Positions 17,076 to 26,825 are shown, numbered from the stretch's first letter. The stretch is 64,000 nt of DNA from Candidatus Binataceae bacterium (GCA_052145175.1 JBKQPD010000157.1:1658-65657), one strand, 5' to 3'. Translations and numbers: made by a program. The notes: generated by a model from the letters alone, not told the origin.

Positions 17076-18878
17076 ATGCGAGCAACAAAACCGGGATTCG
17101 TGCGGGCTGTCTTCGGTCTCCTCACGGTGGCTATCATCAGCTTGAGTGCTCACCCCCAAGCATTCGGTGGTGACGAGGCCGTCACGGGTCGGACGACCCC
17201 AACAGCGACCCCAACCCCTAGCGAGAGCATCCTCTGGAACTTTGGTAATGGCACCGACGGCCAATACCCCGCAGCCGGCCTGATCATGGATGCGAGCGGC
17301 AATCTATACGGTACGACCTCCCAGGGTGGGCCTTACGCTGGGCCTTACGGTACAGGATCTGGGACCGTCTTCATGCTGACTCCTCCCTCCACCAGCGGAG
17401 GGAATTGGGATGAGTCAATCCTCTGGGACTTTAACAACGGCGCCGACGGCGAAACTCCCTCGAGCGGCCTGATCATGGATGCGAGCGGCAATTTCTATGG
17501 CACGACCTCCCTAGGCGGGTCTTACATTGGGTCTAACGGCTTGGGCTTGGGGACGATGTTCAAGCTGACACCGCCGTCGGTCAGCGGCGGAAATTGGGAC
17601 GAGTCAATCCTCTGGAATTTTGGCGAGGGCACCGACGGCCAGGATCCCTCGGGCGGCTTGATCATGGATACAAGCGGCAACTTCTATGGCACGACCGTCG
17701 CCGGTGGGACTTACGGTGGCAGCGGGACCAGCGGCAGAGGCTTTGGGACGTTGTTCGAGCTGACCTCGATAGGAAACGAGTCAATCCTCTGGAGCTTTGG
17801 CAAAGGCGCCGACGGCCGCCACCCGGATGCGAACCTTATCATGGACAAGAGTGGCAATCTCTACGGCACTACCAACAAAGGCGGCGCTTACGGCGGGGGA
17901 ACGGTGTTCAAGCTGACACCCCCGTTGATTAGCGGTTCGAGCTGGACCGAGTCAATCCTCTGGAGCTTGGGCAACGGCGCCGACGGCGTAGCACCCCGCG
18001 CCGGAGTGATCGCGGATACGAACGGCAACCTCTACGGCACGACCTCCGACGGTGGAGCTTACGGCTCCGGAACAGTGTTCGAGCTGACACCACCCTCGAC
18101 CATTGGGGGAAATTGGACCGAATTAATTCTGTGGAGCTTTGGCAACGGCACGGACGGCAAATCCCCCCTTGCGGGCCTTATCATGGATAGGGCCGGCGAT
18201 CTCTACAGCACGACCACTTCTGGCGGGATTTCCGCGGCGGGGACGGTGTTCGCGCTGACCCCTCCCTCGACCATCGGGGGGAATTGGACCGAGTCAATCC
18301 TCTGGAACTTTGGCCGTGTCACCAGCGATGGCAGCGTACCTGTAGCTGGCCTGCTCATGGATGCGAGCGGCAATCTTTACGGCACGACCGCATACGGCGG
18401 GATTTACGGTTACGGCTTAGGGACGGTATTCGAAATATCCAACGTCTCATTCCCGACCGCAACTCCCACGCCGACCGCAACTCCGACGCCGACCGCAACT
18501 CCGACGCCGACCGCAACTCCTACGTCTACCCGTACCCCGACGCCAACTCCCACTGCCACTCCCGCTCCGAACATCCAAATAACCCCGACAAAGATAGTGT
18601 TTCCCAACACAGTGGTCGGGAACACCTCCACCGCCGAGCTGGTAGTGACGAACATCGGAACTGGTCGATTGGTCGGGACGGTGAATATGCCGCCCGCGCC
18701 ATTCGGGCTCAGCGGGACGGGGAGCTTCAGTCTGGGGCCCAAGGCTCAAACGATAATCACATTGAATTTCGCCCCGCTCACGACGGGAACCTCGTTGGCG
18801 TTCGACAACATTGTGTCGAACTCGGTGCAGCACAGCACTTTACAACTTGAGCTGGAAAGTACGGGTACGAGCCCTTAG
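17076..18878 (+). CDS. GloVer (Gloeo_Verruco) tandem-repeat exported protein with C-terminal Ig/ASH-like domain
   Basis: Signal peptide, then at least 7 repeats of ESILW(N/S)FG.G.DG..P.AGLIMD.SGNLYGTT..GG..G.GTVF.LTPP (the choice-of-anchor GloVer repeat), then a TPTPTA linker, then ITPTKIVFPNTVVGNTSTAELVVTNIGTG (ASH/choice-of-anchor-D-like). Start set at ATG 17076. Confidence 0.75.
   Translation: MRATKPGFVRAVFGLLTVAIISLSAHPQAFGGDEAVTGRTTPTATPTPSESILWNFGNGTDGQYPAAGLIMDASGNLYGTTSQGGPYAGPYGTGSGTVFMLTPPSTSGGNWDESILWDFNNGADGETPSSGLIMDASGNFYGTTSLGGSYIGSNGLGLGTMFKLTPPSVSGGNWDESILWNFGEGTDGQDPSGGLIMDTSGNFYGTTVAGGTYGGSGTSGRGFGTLFELTSIGNESILWSFGKGADGRHPDANLIMDKSGNLYGTTNKGGAYGGGTVFKLTPPLISGSSWTESILWSLGNGADGVAPRAGVIADTNGNLYGTTSDGGAYGSGTVFELTPPSTIGGNWTELILWSFGNGTDGKSPLAGLIMDRAGDLYSTTTSGGISAAGTVFALTPPSTIGGNWTESILWNFGRVTSDGSVPVAGLLMDASGNLYGTTAYGGIYGYGLGTVFEISNVSFPTATPTPTATPTPTATPTPTATPTSTRTPTPTPTATPAPNIQITPTKIVFPNTVVGNTSTAELVVTNIGTGRLVGTVNMPPAPFGLSGTGSFSLGPKAQTIITLNFAPLTTGTSLAFDNIVSNSVQHSTLQLELESTGTSP
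18453..18524 (+). repeat. 4 x 18-bp tandem repeat (ccgaccgcaactccgacg) encoding the (PTATPT)n linker
   Basis: Units at 18453, 18471, 18489 and 18507 differ by at most 1-2 nt. In-frame inside the GloVer gene. Confidence 0.9.
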
Positions 18879-18886
18879 CCGATGCA

Positions 18887-18919
18887 GGGCACTGGTGCAG
18901 TTTAACTGCACCAGTGCCC
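18887..18919 (+). terminator. Perfect 14-bp stem hairpin 9 nt after the GloVer gene stop
   Basis: gggcactggtgcag / tttaa / ctgcaccagtgccc. No downstream U-tract, so the terminator role is inferred from position only. Confidence 0.45.
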
Positions 18920-19176
18920 GATGCGGACATTTGAAACGGGCGACGTGAATCCGTTCAGTTGAGGCCTACCTTCCTTTGGGCACACGACGGCAACGTAGCG
19001 AGCGATTTGGCTGTACGTGATCGAAGCTCTCCGCACTGGCGGAGAGCGTTCCACCACGCCGCCCTCGAGTCCCGCCAGCAGTGGGCACCCCTGGGAACGC
19101 CGGCGACCGAAATTCGCGACACACCACGCGAACTCGACGGCTTGTCCGCCACTAGCGCGCGGCGTCCGTCATCTCT

Positions 19177-20130
19177 ATGATCGCTCGAATCATGAAACTG
19201 AAAAGACTGATTGTTGTCGCGGCCGGGATAGGTCTGCTGGCGTTTTGCGGTTATGATCGTAGTTTACATAATGTTTCTTATGCGAACTTGGCCGCCGACA
19301 TCGGGATCGCCCGGGCCGCCGATTCGGCACCCACCGACGCGCAACTCAAGGCCGCTCTGCAAAAGCGGCTGCTGATCGCCGACCCCTCCCGCCTGACTAT
19401 CGGTCCGCCCTCGCCCGGCCCCTTGCAAGACATGTCGCAGCGCACGATCACCCTGACTGGAGGCGAGGGTCAAAAGCTCGAGCTCAAGTACTTCACGACC
19501 GGCTCGGCGTACGACAAGGGTTTGATCACCCATGAATACGCGAATTTCGACATGGCCGACCCCTGGCAGCGGGTCGATCTGAAGGCGGAGCACCTCGACG
19601 ATCATGCGACGCTCGGGCCGTCCTCCGCGCCGGTCACGATTATCGAGTTCGCGGACTTCGAGTGCCCCTACTGCGCGCGTGCGTTCAACGAGATCGAAAC
19701 CCTGGTGACCACCACGTACAAGGACAAGGCGCGCCTGGTGTGGAAGAACTATCCGCTACCCATGCACACCTGGGCGCAGCAGGCGGCGATTGCGGCGGAG
19801 TGCGCACGGGAGCAGAATCCGAGCGCCTTCTGGGACTTCGCCCGGAGCTTTTATCGCGATCAGAGCGAGATCACGCCGCAAAACCTGCGCGACCACGTCG
19901 ATCAGTATGCGACCGCGGCGAAGCTCGACGGCAAGGCGCTCAACGCCTGCGTGCTCAGCGACGCGGCCGGGCAGCGGGTCGAGCAGGACAAGAAGGACGG
20001 CGACGCCATCCACGTGAGCTCGACGCCAACCTTTCTGATCAACGGGGTACTCGTGGTCGGGCTGCCGACCAGCAACGTCTTTGATTTTGTGATTACGTCG
20101 CAGCTCGAGGAGCAGCACGCGGCGCGCTGA
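19177..20130 (+). CDS. Exported DsbA-family thiol:disulfide oxidoreductase
   Basis: N-terminal hydrophobic signal or anchor, FADFECPYCA (CPYC) and SSTPTFLINGV thioredoxin-fold motifs. Paralogue of 14743-15837. Alternative start ATG 19192. Confidence 0.75.
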   Translation: MIARIMKLKRLIVVAAGIGLLAFCGYDRSLHNVSYANLAADIGIARAADSAPTDAQLKAALQKRLLIADPSRLTIGPPSPGPLQDMSQRTITLTGGEGQKLELKYFTTGSAYDKGLITHEYANFDMADPWQRVDLKAEHLDDHATLGPSSAPVTIIEFADFECPYCARAFNEIETLVTTTYKDKARLVWKNYPLPMHTWAQQAAIAAECAREQNPSAFWDFARSFYRDQSEITPQNLRDHVDQYATAAKLDGKALNACVLSDAAGQRVEQDKKDGDAIHVSSTPTFLINGVLVVGLPTSNVFDFVITSQLEEQHAAR

Positions 20131-20136
20131 TGCGCC

Positions 20137-20865
20137 CTAATTGGCGGGAAGGTCGATCGTTTTGGCGGTCGCGAACGGCGCCGCCGGAGCCATGCCGAGC
20201 TGGCTTAGCGCGTCCGTCACGACGCTGCGTTCCTGGTCAAACGGATGCTCGCGCAGGAAGCGCTGGTAGATCGCGATCGCGCCCGGCTTGTCGCCCTGGC
20301 GCAGCGTTAGACGGGCGAGTTCAAGTTCGGCCCTGCCCTGCGCGCCTTCCCTGATGGCCGCGGCCTGCTCATAGGCCTTGCGGGCCTCGGCCGGATTGCC
20401 GAGTCCTTCGTACGCAACTCCGAGCTGCAGCAGGGCCAGTTGCCGAAAGGTTGGCCGGTCATCCGCGTCGACGAACTTTTGCAGGGCGTCGCGCGCCGCG
20501 GCGAACTGATTCTGGGCCAGGTAGTCGTCGCCGAGATAGAGCAGCGCCAGGCGGCCGAGACTGGTCCCCGAGTATTCAGCGGCCAGCGTCGCGAATTGAC
20601 CGGAGGCCGTCTTGTAGTCCTTTTGATCGTAGACGTTGCCGGCGCTGGAGAAGGCTTCGGCCGCGGCTTGCTCCTGCTGATTGGAGTAGAGATGCAGGCC
20701 GACCCCCAGCAGGACCAGCATCAGCAGACCGATCGCGCCAGCGATTACCCGCGGCAGATGATCGATGACGTAATCGCCCGCCGCGTCGACCAGCGAGACG
20801 AACTCGTCCGGTTCGCGCAACTCTTTACGCGTGAGCCGATGATGAGGCGTGGTGGTTGTCGCCAT
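20137..20865 (-). CDS. Single-pass membrane TPR protein (YfgM-like)
   Basis: N-terminal cytoplasmic segment, one TM helix (VIAGAIGLLMLVLLGVGLHLY), then TPR-like repeats (ALLYLGDDYLAQNQFAAARDALQKF..). Confidence 0.55.
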   Translation of the reverse strand: MATTTTPHHRLTRKELREPDEFVSLVDAAGDYVIDHLPRVIAGAIGLLMLVLLGVGLHLYSNQQEQAAAEAFSSAGNVYDQKDYKTASGQFATLAAEYSGTSLGRLALLYLGDDYLAQNQFAAARDALQKFVDADDRPTFRQLALLQLGVAYEGLGNPAEARKAYEQAAAIREGAQGRAELELARLTLRQGDKPGAIAIYQRFLREHPFDQERSVVTDALSQLGMAPAAPFATAKTIDLPAN

Positions 20866-20912
20866 CGAGAGAAAAACCAGTCAGGCCGTGGAGAAAACTC
20901 CCGCGGCCCGAG

Positions 20913-21449
20913 TCACATCTTGTACTTGAAGTCTTCGGGCGACATCTTTTCGAGAATCTCGGCCCATTTGTCACGCGATACGCTGGCGAGATTCTGATCC
21001 GAGGCCCCACCACCCTGCTCCGCCGCCTCGTGCAGTTCGCTGGAACTTTCGAGCACCTGTTTGGCGACATAGATGGGTGATTTGGTGCGGAGCGCGACCG
21101 AGATGGCGTCGCTCGGCCGGGAATCGATTTGCACCGCGGCGCCCTCCCGGGTGCGCAGCTCGATCCGGGCAAAATAGGTGTTGTCGCGCAGTTCCGTGAT
21201 TTCGACCGCCTCGATCGACGCCCCCAGCTCCCCCAGCACGTTGCGTAACAGATCGTGCGTCATCGGCCGCTGCGGCTTGATCCCCTCGATCTCCGTGGCC
21301 ATCGACGCCGCCTCGAGCGGGCCGATCCATATTGGCAAATTCAGTTTGTTGTCGGGATCCTTCAGCACGACAATCGGCATCTTGGTGTTGGGATCGAGCG
21401 TCAACCCACCCACCACCATCAAAATAAAATCTTCTTTCGGACCAGTCAT
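20913..21449 (-). CDS. Bifunctional nuclease (BFN/DUF151) family protein
   Basis: LDPNTKMPIVVLKD..LPIWIGPLEAASMA..RPMTHDLL..VEITELRDNTYFARIEL..IDSRPSDAISVALR is the DUF151 pattern. Start placed at the internal ATG (21449). Confidence 0.7.
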   Translation of the reverse strand: MTGPKEDFILMVVGGLTLDPNTKMPIVVLKDPDNKLNLPIWIGPLEAASMATEIEGIKPQRPMTHDLLRNVLGELGASIEAVEITELRDNTYFARIELRTREGAAVQIDSRPSDAISVALRTKSPIYVAKQVLESSSELHEAAEQGGGASDQNLASVSRDKWAEILEKMSPEDFKYKM

Positions 21450-21574
21450 AGTTGGTCTCTGCGGAATCAGGCCAGCTCCTGCCGGGGATACGCGCAGAGC
21501 CTTCCTTTTAAGTTTGGACGAAAGCCGCTCAACCGTCAACCGGACCCCCCGCGTGAGACGCTCGGCGAGCCGCT

Positions 21575-22987
21575 TCAGCGCGGCACGAGCTGATCGATCA
21601 CGCGATAGAGCTGGTTCAGGTTGCGGCACTCCTCGACCAGGTCGCAGTGGACTGCGTACCGCTCCATTTCGCTGTCGCCGAATCCCCACGTGTTACGGCT
21701 TTCCGGGTTGAGCCAGATTACGCGACGGGCGCGCTGCTTCACTTCTTTCAAGGCCCAGTCGTGCGGCAGATTATAGTTGTTTCGCGCGTCACCGAGAATG
21801 ATCACCGTGGTGCGTTTATTCACCGCGGCCAGATGGTCGTTCGCGAAGTTGCGGAAGGAACGGCCAAAATCGGAGTGCGCGTAGACGTTGATAATATCGC
21901 CCTTGAGCGCGACGTCCAGCGCTTCCTTGACGTCGTTGGTGCGGAAGCTCTCGGTCACTTCGCCGATATCCGACACGAAGACAAAACTGCGCACCCGTGA
22001 ATACAGATCCTGCAGCGAATAGACGAACTGCAGCATGAAGCGCGACGCGTTGCGGACCGAATCGGACACGTCGCACATGATGAGAATCTGCGGCTTCTCG
22101 CGCTTGCGCCGTTCGAAGAACAGCTTGAACGGGACCCCGCCGTTGGACAGATTCTTGCGCAGCGTGCGCTTGATATCGAAGCGCCCCTTTTTCATCCGCT
22201 TGCGCCGGATCGCGATAATGTTCTTGAGCCGCTGCGCGAGCCGCGTCACCGCTTCGCGCATCTTGTCCAGCTCCTCGTCGCTCAGATAGTAGAAGCTCTT
22301 GTCGGCGAGCTGAGTCATCCGCTGTTCTTCGCGCGACTTCTGGTCGCGCTTCTCGCGCTCCTGGCGCACGTACTTGCGGATAATGTCGTCGAGCATCTTG
22401 AGGCGCCGGTCGAGGTATTCCTCCATCTTGGCGCGCATCGCCGAGCCCATGTCGAGCTTGGCAAGCTGCTCGCGCAGCTCCTTGATCTCCTGTTCGAGCT
22501 TGTCGAAGCCGAGCGCCCGGGCCATCGCGCGCGCGAAGTAGTTCTCCTCGATCGTGCGCTGGATTCCCTGCATCCGGACCGCCCGCGCCGCCTCGCGCAT
22601 CATCCGCTCGAGCTGGCCGTCGCGATTCTGGAGCAGCTCCTTGGCCAGGTCCGATAACTCCTGGCCATGCTCCTTCAGCATCTTCTCCATTTCGTCGAGA
22701 AAATTCTGGAAGTCCTGATCGGACATCGAGAGCGCGTCCTGCACGCCCTTGCTGGCGCCCTTGATAATCTCGCCGAGCCCGCTGAAATAGACGTCGAAGA
22801 GTTCGTCGAAGACCGGAATCTCGTTGGCGCGCTTGATCATCGTCGCGCGCAGCGCGGAGCGGAACAGATCGCGCTCGTTCAGTCCGGTCACGTCCGAGGC
22901 GCTAATCGCGTCGAGGGTTTCGGCCAGTGAGACCCGCACGCCATTCTGGCGCAACAGGTTCGCGAATTCGACCAGCTTCTCTTCCAT
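21575..22987 (-). CDS. VWA-domain protein, CoxE-like
   Basis: 470 aa. N-terminal LRQNGVRVSLAETLDA CoxE-type region and a C-terminal VWA domain with MIDAS-like CDVSDS. Directly downstream of the MoxR ATPase gene. Confidence 0.7.
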   Translation of the reverse strand: MEEKLVEFANLLRQNGVRVSLAETLDAISASDVTGLNERDLFRSALRATMIKRANEIPVFDELFDVYFSGLGEIIKGASKGVQDALSMSDQDFQNFLDEMEKMLKEHGQELSDLAKELLQNRDGQLERMMREAARAVRMQGIQRTIEENYFARAMARALGFDKLEQEIKELREQLAKLDMGSAMRAKMEEYLDRRLKMLDDIIRKYVRQEREKRDQKSREEQRMTQLADKSFYYLSDEELDKMREAVTRLAQRLKNIIAIRRKRMKKGRFDIKRTLRKNLSNGGVPFKLFFERRKREKPQILIMCDVSDSVRNASRFMLQFVYSLQDLYSRVRSFVFVSDIGEVTESFRTNDVKEALDVALKGDIINVYAHSDFGRSFRNFANDHLAAVNKRTTVIILGDARNNYNLPHDWALKEVKQRARRVIWLNPESRNTWGFGDSEMERYAVHCDLVEECRNLNQLYRVIDQLVPR

Positions 22988-23138
22988 TAGGTAATCCGCC
23001 AGTTCTGCCGCCCGCTCAAGCGGTGCGGCGCGCGCCTCTTAGTTTAGCAGGTCGTTACCAGTCGAACCGAATCTTTTCCTGTCGAACTGAATCTTTTCGG
23101 GTCGGACTGATGCTTGCCTGTCAGTTGAGCAGATCACG

Positions 23139-24128
23139 CTAATTGAGCAAATCCTTGTCGCTCGACGGTTTGCCCCCGGCGGCCGGCGCCGCCGCCTCGG
23201 TTCCTCCGCGGCGCGTGCGCACCCGGCGCATGTATTCCTTGAGCTCTTCCTGCGCCTTGCGCACGTCGCCCTCGTACTTGACGATCGTGTCGAGCGTCTC
23301 GTCGACCAGGGCGCTGTCCAGGTTCTGCACGTTGAGCAGGGTCAGCGCCTTGACCCAATCCAGCGTCTCGCTGATCCCCGGGGTCTTTTTAAGGTCGAGC
23401 TTGCGCAGCGACTGGACCACCTGCACGACTTCGTCCGCCAGCTTTTCCGCCGCTTCGGGAACCTTGATCTTGATGATCGCGAGCTCCTGCTCCTTGTCCG
23501 GGAAATCGATATACAGATGGAGGCAGCGCCGTTTGAGCGCGTCCGACATCTCGCGGGCGTTGTTGGAAGTCAGGATGACCAGCGGAATAATCTTGGCCTT
23601 GAAGGTGCCGATTTCCGGCACGGTCACCTGAAAATCGGAGAGCAGCTCGAGCAGGAAGGCCTCGAACTCCGCGTCCGCCTTGTCGATCTCATCGATCAGC
23701 AGCACGACGCGCTTCTCCGAGGTGATCGCCTGCATCAGCGGCCGCGGCAGCATGAAACGCTCCGAGAAGAAGACCTCGTCCTCGGCCGCGATTTTGTCGA
23801 CGGCCTCCTTCATACCCTTCGTGCCGGTCAGCACTTCGCTGACCTTGTCTTTGAGGATCTGCGTGTAGAGCAGTTGCTTGGCGTACTCCCATTCGTAGAG
23901 CGCCTTGCCCTCGTCGAGACCCTCGTAGCACTGCAGACGAATCAGGTCGAGCCCGAGCGACGTGGCAAGCACTTTGGCGAGATCGGTCTTGCCGACCCCG
24001 GCCGGTCCTTCGACGAGCACCGGCTTCTGCATCGCGTTGGCCAGATAGATGACCGTGGCGATACGCCGGCTCGCGATATAATTGCCCTTGGCGAAGCGCT
24101 CGATAACCTCGTCAATTGATGAGAACAT
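23139..24128 (-). CDS. MoxR/CoxD-like AAA+ ATPase
   Basis: Walker A GPAGVGKT, Walker B VLLIDEIDKA, and single AAA+ module length (329 aa) typical of the MoxR family. Confidence 0.8.
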   Translation of the reverse strand: MFSSIDEVIERFAKGNYIASRRIATVIYLANAMQKPVLVEGPAGVGKTDLAKVLATSLGLDLIRLQCYEGLDEGKALYEWEYAKQLLYTQILKDKVSEVLTGTKGMKEAVDKIAAEDEVFFSERFMLPRPLMQAITSEKRVVLLIDEIDKADAEFEAFLLELLSDFQVTVPEIGTFKAKIIPLVILTSNNAREMSDALKRRCLHLYIDFPDKEQELAIIKIKVPEAAEKLADEVVQVVQSLRKLDLKKTPGISETLDWVKALTLLNVQNLDSALVDETLDTIVKYEGDVRKAQEELKEYMRRVRTRRGGTEAAAPAAGGKPSSDKDLLN

Positions 24129-24372
24129 TCAGCCTCCTCGCTTGCTGCGGCGGGACACTCCTTTCCGCGCAATTCATGTTCATTATCAGAATGATGTAAC
24201 AGCGGTAAACCCATCAGCGGCAAATGAGCCGCAAATGAGCCGGAGGCCGGGCAAATTCCGCAACGGCTCGCTACGGGCGCTCCTGCCGCAGGGGGTCCGG
24301 CCCAAAGTATCCGACCGCCCGGTGGCGCCAGCTCTTGTGATCCGCCGGGACTATTTGGCAAGTTGGCAACTG

Positions 24373-25164
24373 ATGTGCACGCTGGCCGTCTACTATCGAA
24401 GCTTCGCCGACTACCCGGTCGTAATCGCCGCGAACCGCGACGAATACCTGGCCCGGCCGGCGCTGCCCCCTACCCTCCTCTGCACCGACCCGCAAATCGT
24501 GGGCGGCAAGGATCTGCAGGCCAGCGGCACCTGGCTCGGACTGAACGAGCACGGCGTCGTGGCCGGACTCCTGAATCGCCGCAATGGCGATGCGGCCAAC
24601 GACCCCAGCCTGCGGTCGCGCGGTCTGCTCTGCCTCGACGCGTTGAAGCAGCCGAGCGCCGCGGCGGCGGCGGCCTTCGTCGGGCGTCTGCGCGGTGGCG
24701 ACTACAATCCCTTCAATCTGCTGATCGCTTCGCGTCAGGCGAGCTTCGTCGCGTACAACCGCTTCGGCAAGATTGAAGTGGTCGAGCTTACCCCCGGCTT
24801 TCACCTGCTCACCAATATCGACGTGGACGACTTCGAATGTCCACGGATCAGCCGTTCGTATGGCCGTTTCGCCGAACTCGGCCAACGCGCGGATTTCGCG
24901 GGTAATCCGCTGGCGAATCGGGTACTGCTCGGCAACCTGCTGGCGGACCATTCGACCCAGCTCGATCCGCGCTCGGGTCGCCCCAATTCCCTCTGCATGC
25001 ATCTGGGCGACTACGGCACGCGGTCGTCGAGCCTGATCTTCATGGGACGCGAGGATTCGCAGGTCGAGCATTTTTTTGCCGCCGGCCCGCCCTGCGTCGC
25101 TTCGTATCAACCGGTCGCGGCCGGTCATCGCCGGGCGGAGCCGGGTGCCCAGCCCCCGCTCTAA
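24373..25164 (+). CDS. NRDE-family (TANGO2/DUF833-like) protein
   Basis: Begins MCTLAVYY.. with N-terminal Cys2 and contains the eponymous ANRDEYLARPA motif. Start at ATG 24373. Confidence 0.7.
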   Translation: MCTLAVYYRSFADYPVVIAANRDEYLARPALPPTLLCTDPQIVGGKDLQASGTWLGLNEHGVVAGLLNRRNGDAANDPSLRSRGLLCLDALKQPSAAAAAAFVGRLRGGDYNPFNLLIASRQASFVAYNRFGKIEVVELTPGFHLLTNIDVDDFECPRISRSYGRFAELGQRADFAGNPLANRVLLGNLLADHSTQLDPRSGRPNSLCMHLGDYGTRSSSLIFMGREDSQVEHFFAAGPPCVASYQPVAAGHRRAEPGAQPPL

Positions 25165-25240
25165 GGAAGCTCTGCACAAGTGATTTTTGCCATCCTTCAC
25201 GGAGTTCGGCCTGCAAGGCTGAGAAGCGAGGACGCAGATC

Positions 25241-25333
25241 CTTCGCTGCGCTCAGGATGACATTGCTACTTTTTGTAACCATAAGCCCCTTTTGTCATTC
25301 TGAGCGGAGTCTGCGCAGCGAAGAATCTAGCGG
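25241..25333 (+). repeat. ~93-nt dispersed intergenic repeat (GTCATTCTGAGCG/GAAGAATC type)
   Basis: Near-identical, in inverted orientation, to 38612-38706. Shared string: ttttgta..aagccccttttgtcattctgagcggagtctgcg.agcgaagaatctagcgg. Confidence 0.8.
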
Positions 25334-25493
25334 TCTCTGATGCACGATTTTCGTAATGCGGGATTTTCAGAATGACAGGATAAGCCTTGTGCATGGACTC
25401 CACGGTGGACGCCCCTCATTATTAAAGTAACACTTTAACTCAAGTTCCGCGCGTGCCATCGGCTGCGGCTTGACCGAACGGAGACATCACCAC

Positions 25494-26702
25494 ATGAGCA
25501 AGCCCCTTCAGGGAGTCCGGATTATCGAAATCGCGCAAGAGATTCAGGGGCCCTTCGCCGGGCTCTTTCTTGCCGACCTGGGCGCGGAAGTCACCAAGGT
25601 CGAGAACCGCGAGACCGGCGACTTGAGCCGCTGGCTGCTCGCCCAGTTGATCGGCGGTCCCGGCGTCAAGAACGCCAATGTCTCGCACTACTTCACCGCG
25701 ATGAATCGCGGCAAACGCAGTATCACGGCGGACCTCAAGCGGCCCGAGGCGATCGAGATCGTCCGCCGGATGGTCAAGATCCACGACGTTATCCTGACCA
25801 ACTATCGGCCCGGCGTGCTCGACCGGCTCGGCCTCGGCTACGACGATCTGAGCCGGATCAATCCGCGCATCATTTTCGCGCAGGCGAGTTCATGGGGCCC
25901 GATCGGACCATGGGCGATGCGTCCCAGCCGCGACACGCTGGCCCAGGCGGCGAGCGGCCTGATGTCGAAGACCGGGATGCCGGAGGACAACCCGTTGGCG
26001 GCGGGCGCGGCTATCGCGGACCAGACGGGCGCGCTGACGCTCGCGGGTGGCGTACTCGCGGCGCTGTTTGCCCGCGAACGTACCGGCAAGGGGCAGCGGA
26101 TCGACGCGTCGATCTACGGCACCATGATCGCGGCGCAGGGCTTCGAGTTGAATTACGCGTCGCTGACCGGCGTGGAGTCAGCCAAGGGCGGCCGCGGCCA
26201 TCCCTTCCTGCACGGGATCTGGGGCGCGTTCAAGACCAGCGACGGGTATGTGTGTATCGCGGGCGTCGACGATCCGCGCTGGCCGCGCTTCTGCAAGATC
26301 ATGGGAATCGAGGAGCTGCGGAACGATCCCGAGTGCGACAACGTTACCCGCAATTTCCATGGCACGAAGATTCAAAAGGTGCTCGACGGGATCTTCCCGC
26401 GCAAAACCACCGCTGAATGGCTCCAGGAGCTGACAGAGGCTGATATCCTCGCGACCGAAGTGGCGAACCATCAGCAGGTTCTGAGTAGCGAGCAGGCGCG
26501 CCTCAATGGCTATCTGCTCGATCTCGAGCATCCGGTCGCGGGCCGGATCACGGTCACCGGATGCCCGGTCACGCTCAATGGTGAAGTTGCGCATCAGGCC
26601 GAGCCGGCGCCGGAGTTTGGCCAGCATACCGAGGAAGTACTGCTCGAACTCGGCTACTCGTGGGAGGAGATCGGCACCCTGCGCGATACCGGGGTCGTGT
26701 GA
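25494..26702 (+). CDS. Family III CoA-transferase (CaiB/BaiF family)
   Basis: MSKPLQGVRIIEIAQEIQGPFAGLFLADLGAEV and NYRPGVLDRLGLGYD are typical CoA_transf_3 motifs. Confidence 0.8.
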   Translation: MSKPLQGVRIIEIAQEIQGPFAGLFLADLGAEVTKVENRETGDLSRWLLAQLIGGPGVKNANVSHYFTAMNRGKRSITADLKRPEAIEIVRRMVKIHDVILTNYRPGVLDRLGLGYDDLSRINPRIIFAQASSWGPIGPWAMRPSRDTLAQAASGLMSKTGMPEDNPLAAGAAIADQTGALTLAGGVLAALFARERTGKGQRIDASIYGTMIAAQGFELNYASLTGVESAKGGRGHPFLHGIWGAFKTSDGYVCIAGVDDPRWPRFCKIMGIEELRNDPECDNVTRNFHGTKIQKVLDGIFPRKTTAEWLQELTEADILATEVANHQQVLSSEQARLNGYLLDLEHPVAGRITVTGCPVTLNGEVAHQAEPAPEFGQHTEEVLLELGYSWEEIGTLRDTGVV

Positions 26703-26825
26703 GGCAGTGGGCGATTGCGCGCCGACATTAACCATCGCAAAGCGCCTGCAAGATCTGAATCTAACGACCGGCTCGGATGACCCGGCGTCTCTTAATACGA
26801 CCGGGCCATTTGCCGGAGCTTATCC

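Noticed and set aside
18453-18524. Short regularly spaced repeats considered as a CRISPR array (together with 28053-28460)
   Set aside because: Both repeat sets are contiguous, with no unique spacers, and lie in frame inside protein genes (a PT linker and TPR units). No cas genes are nearby.
25040-25282. 80-aa minus-strand ORF containing ..VILSAAKDLRP..
   Set aside because: It is a translation artefact of the dispersed GTCATTCTGAGCG/GAAGAATC repeat, not a gene.
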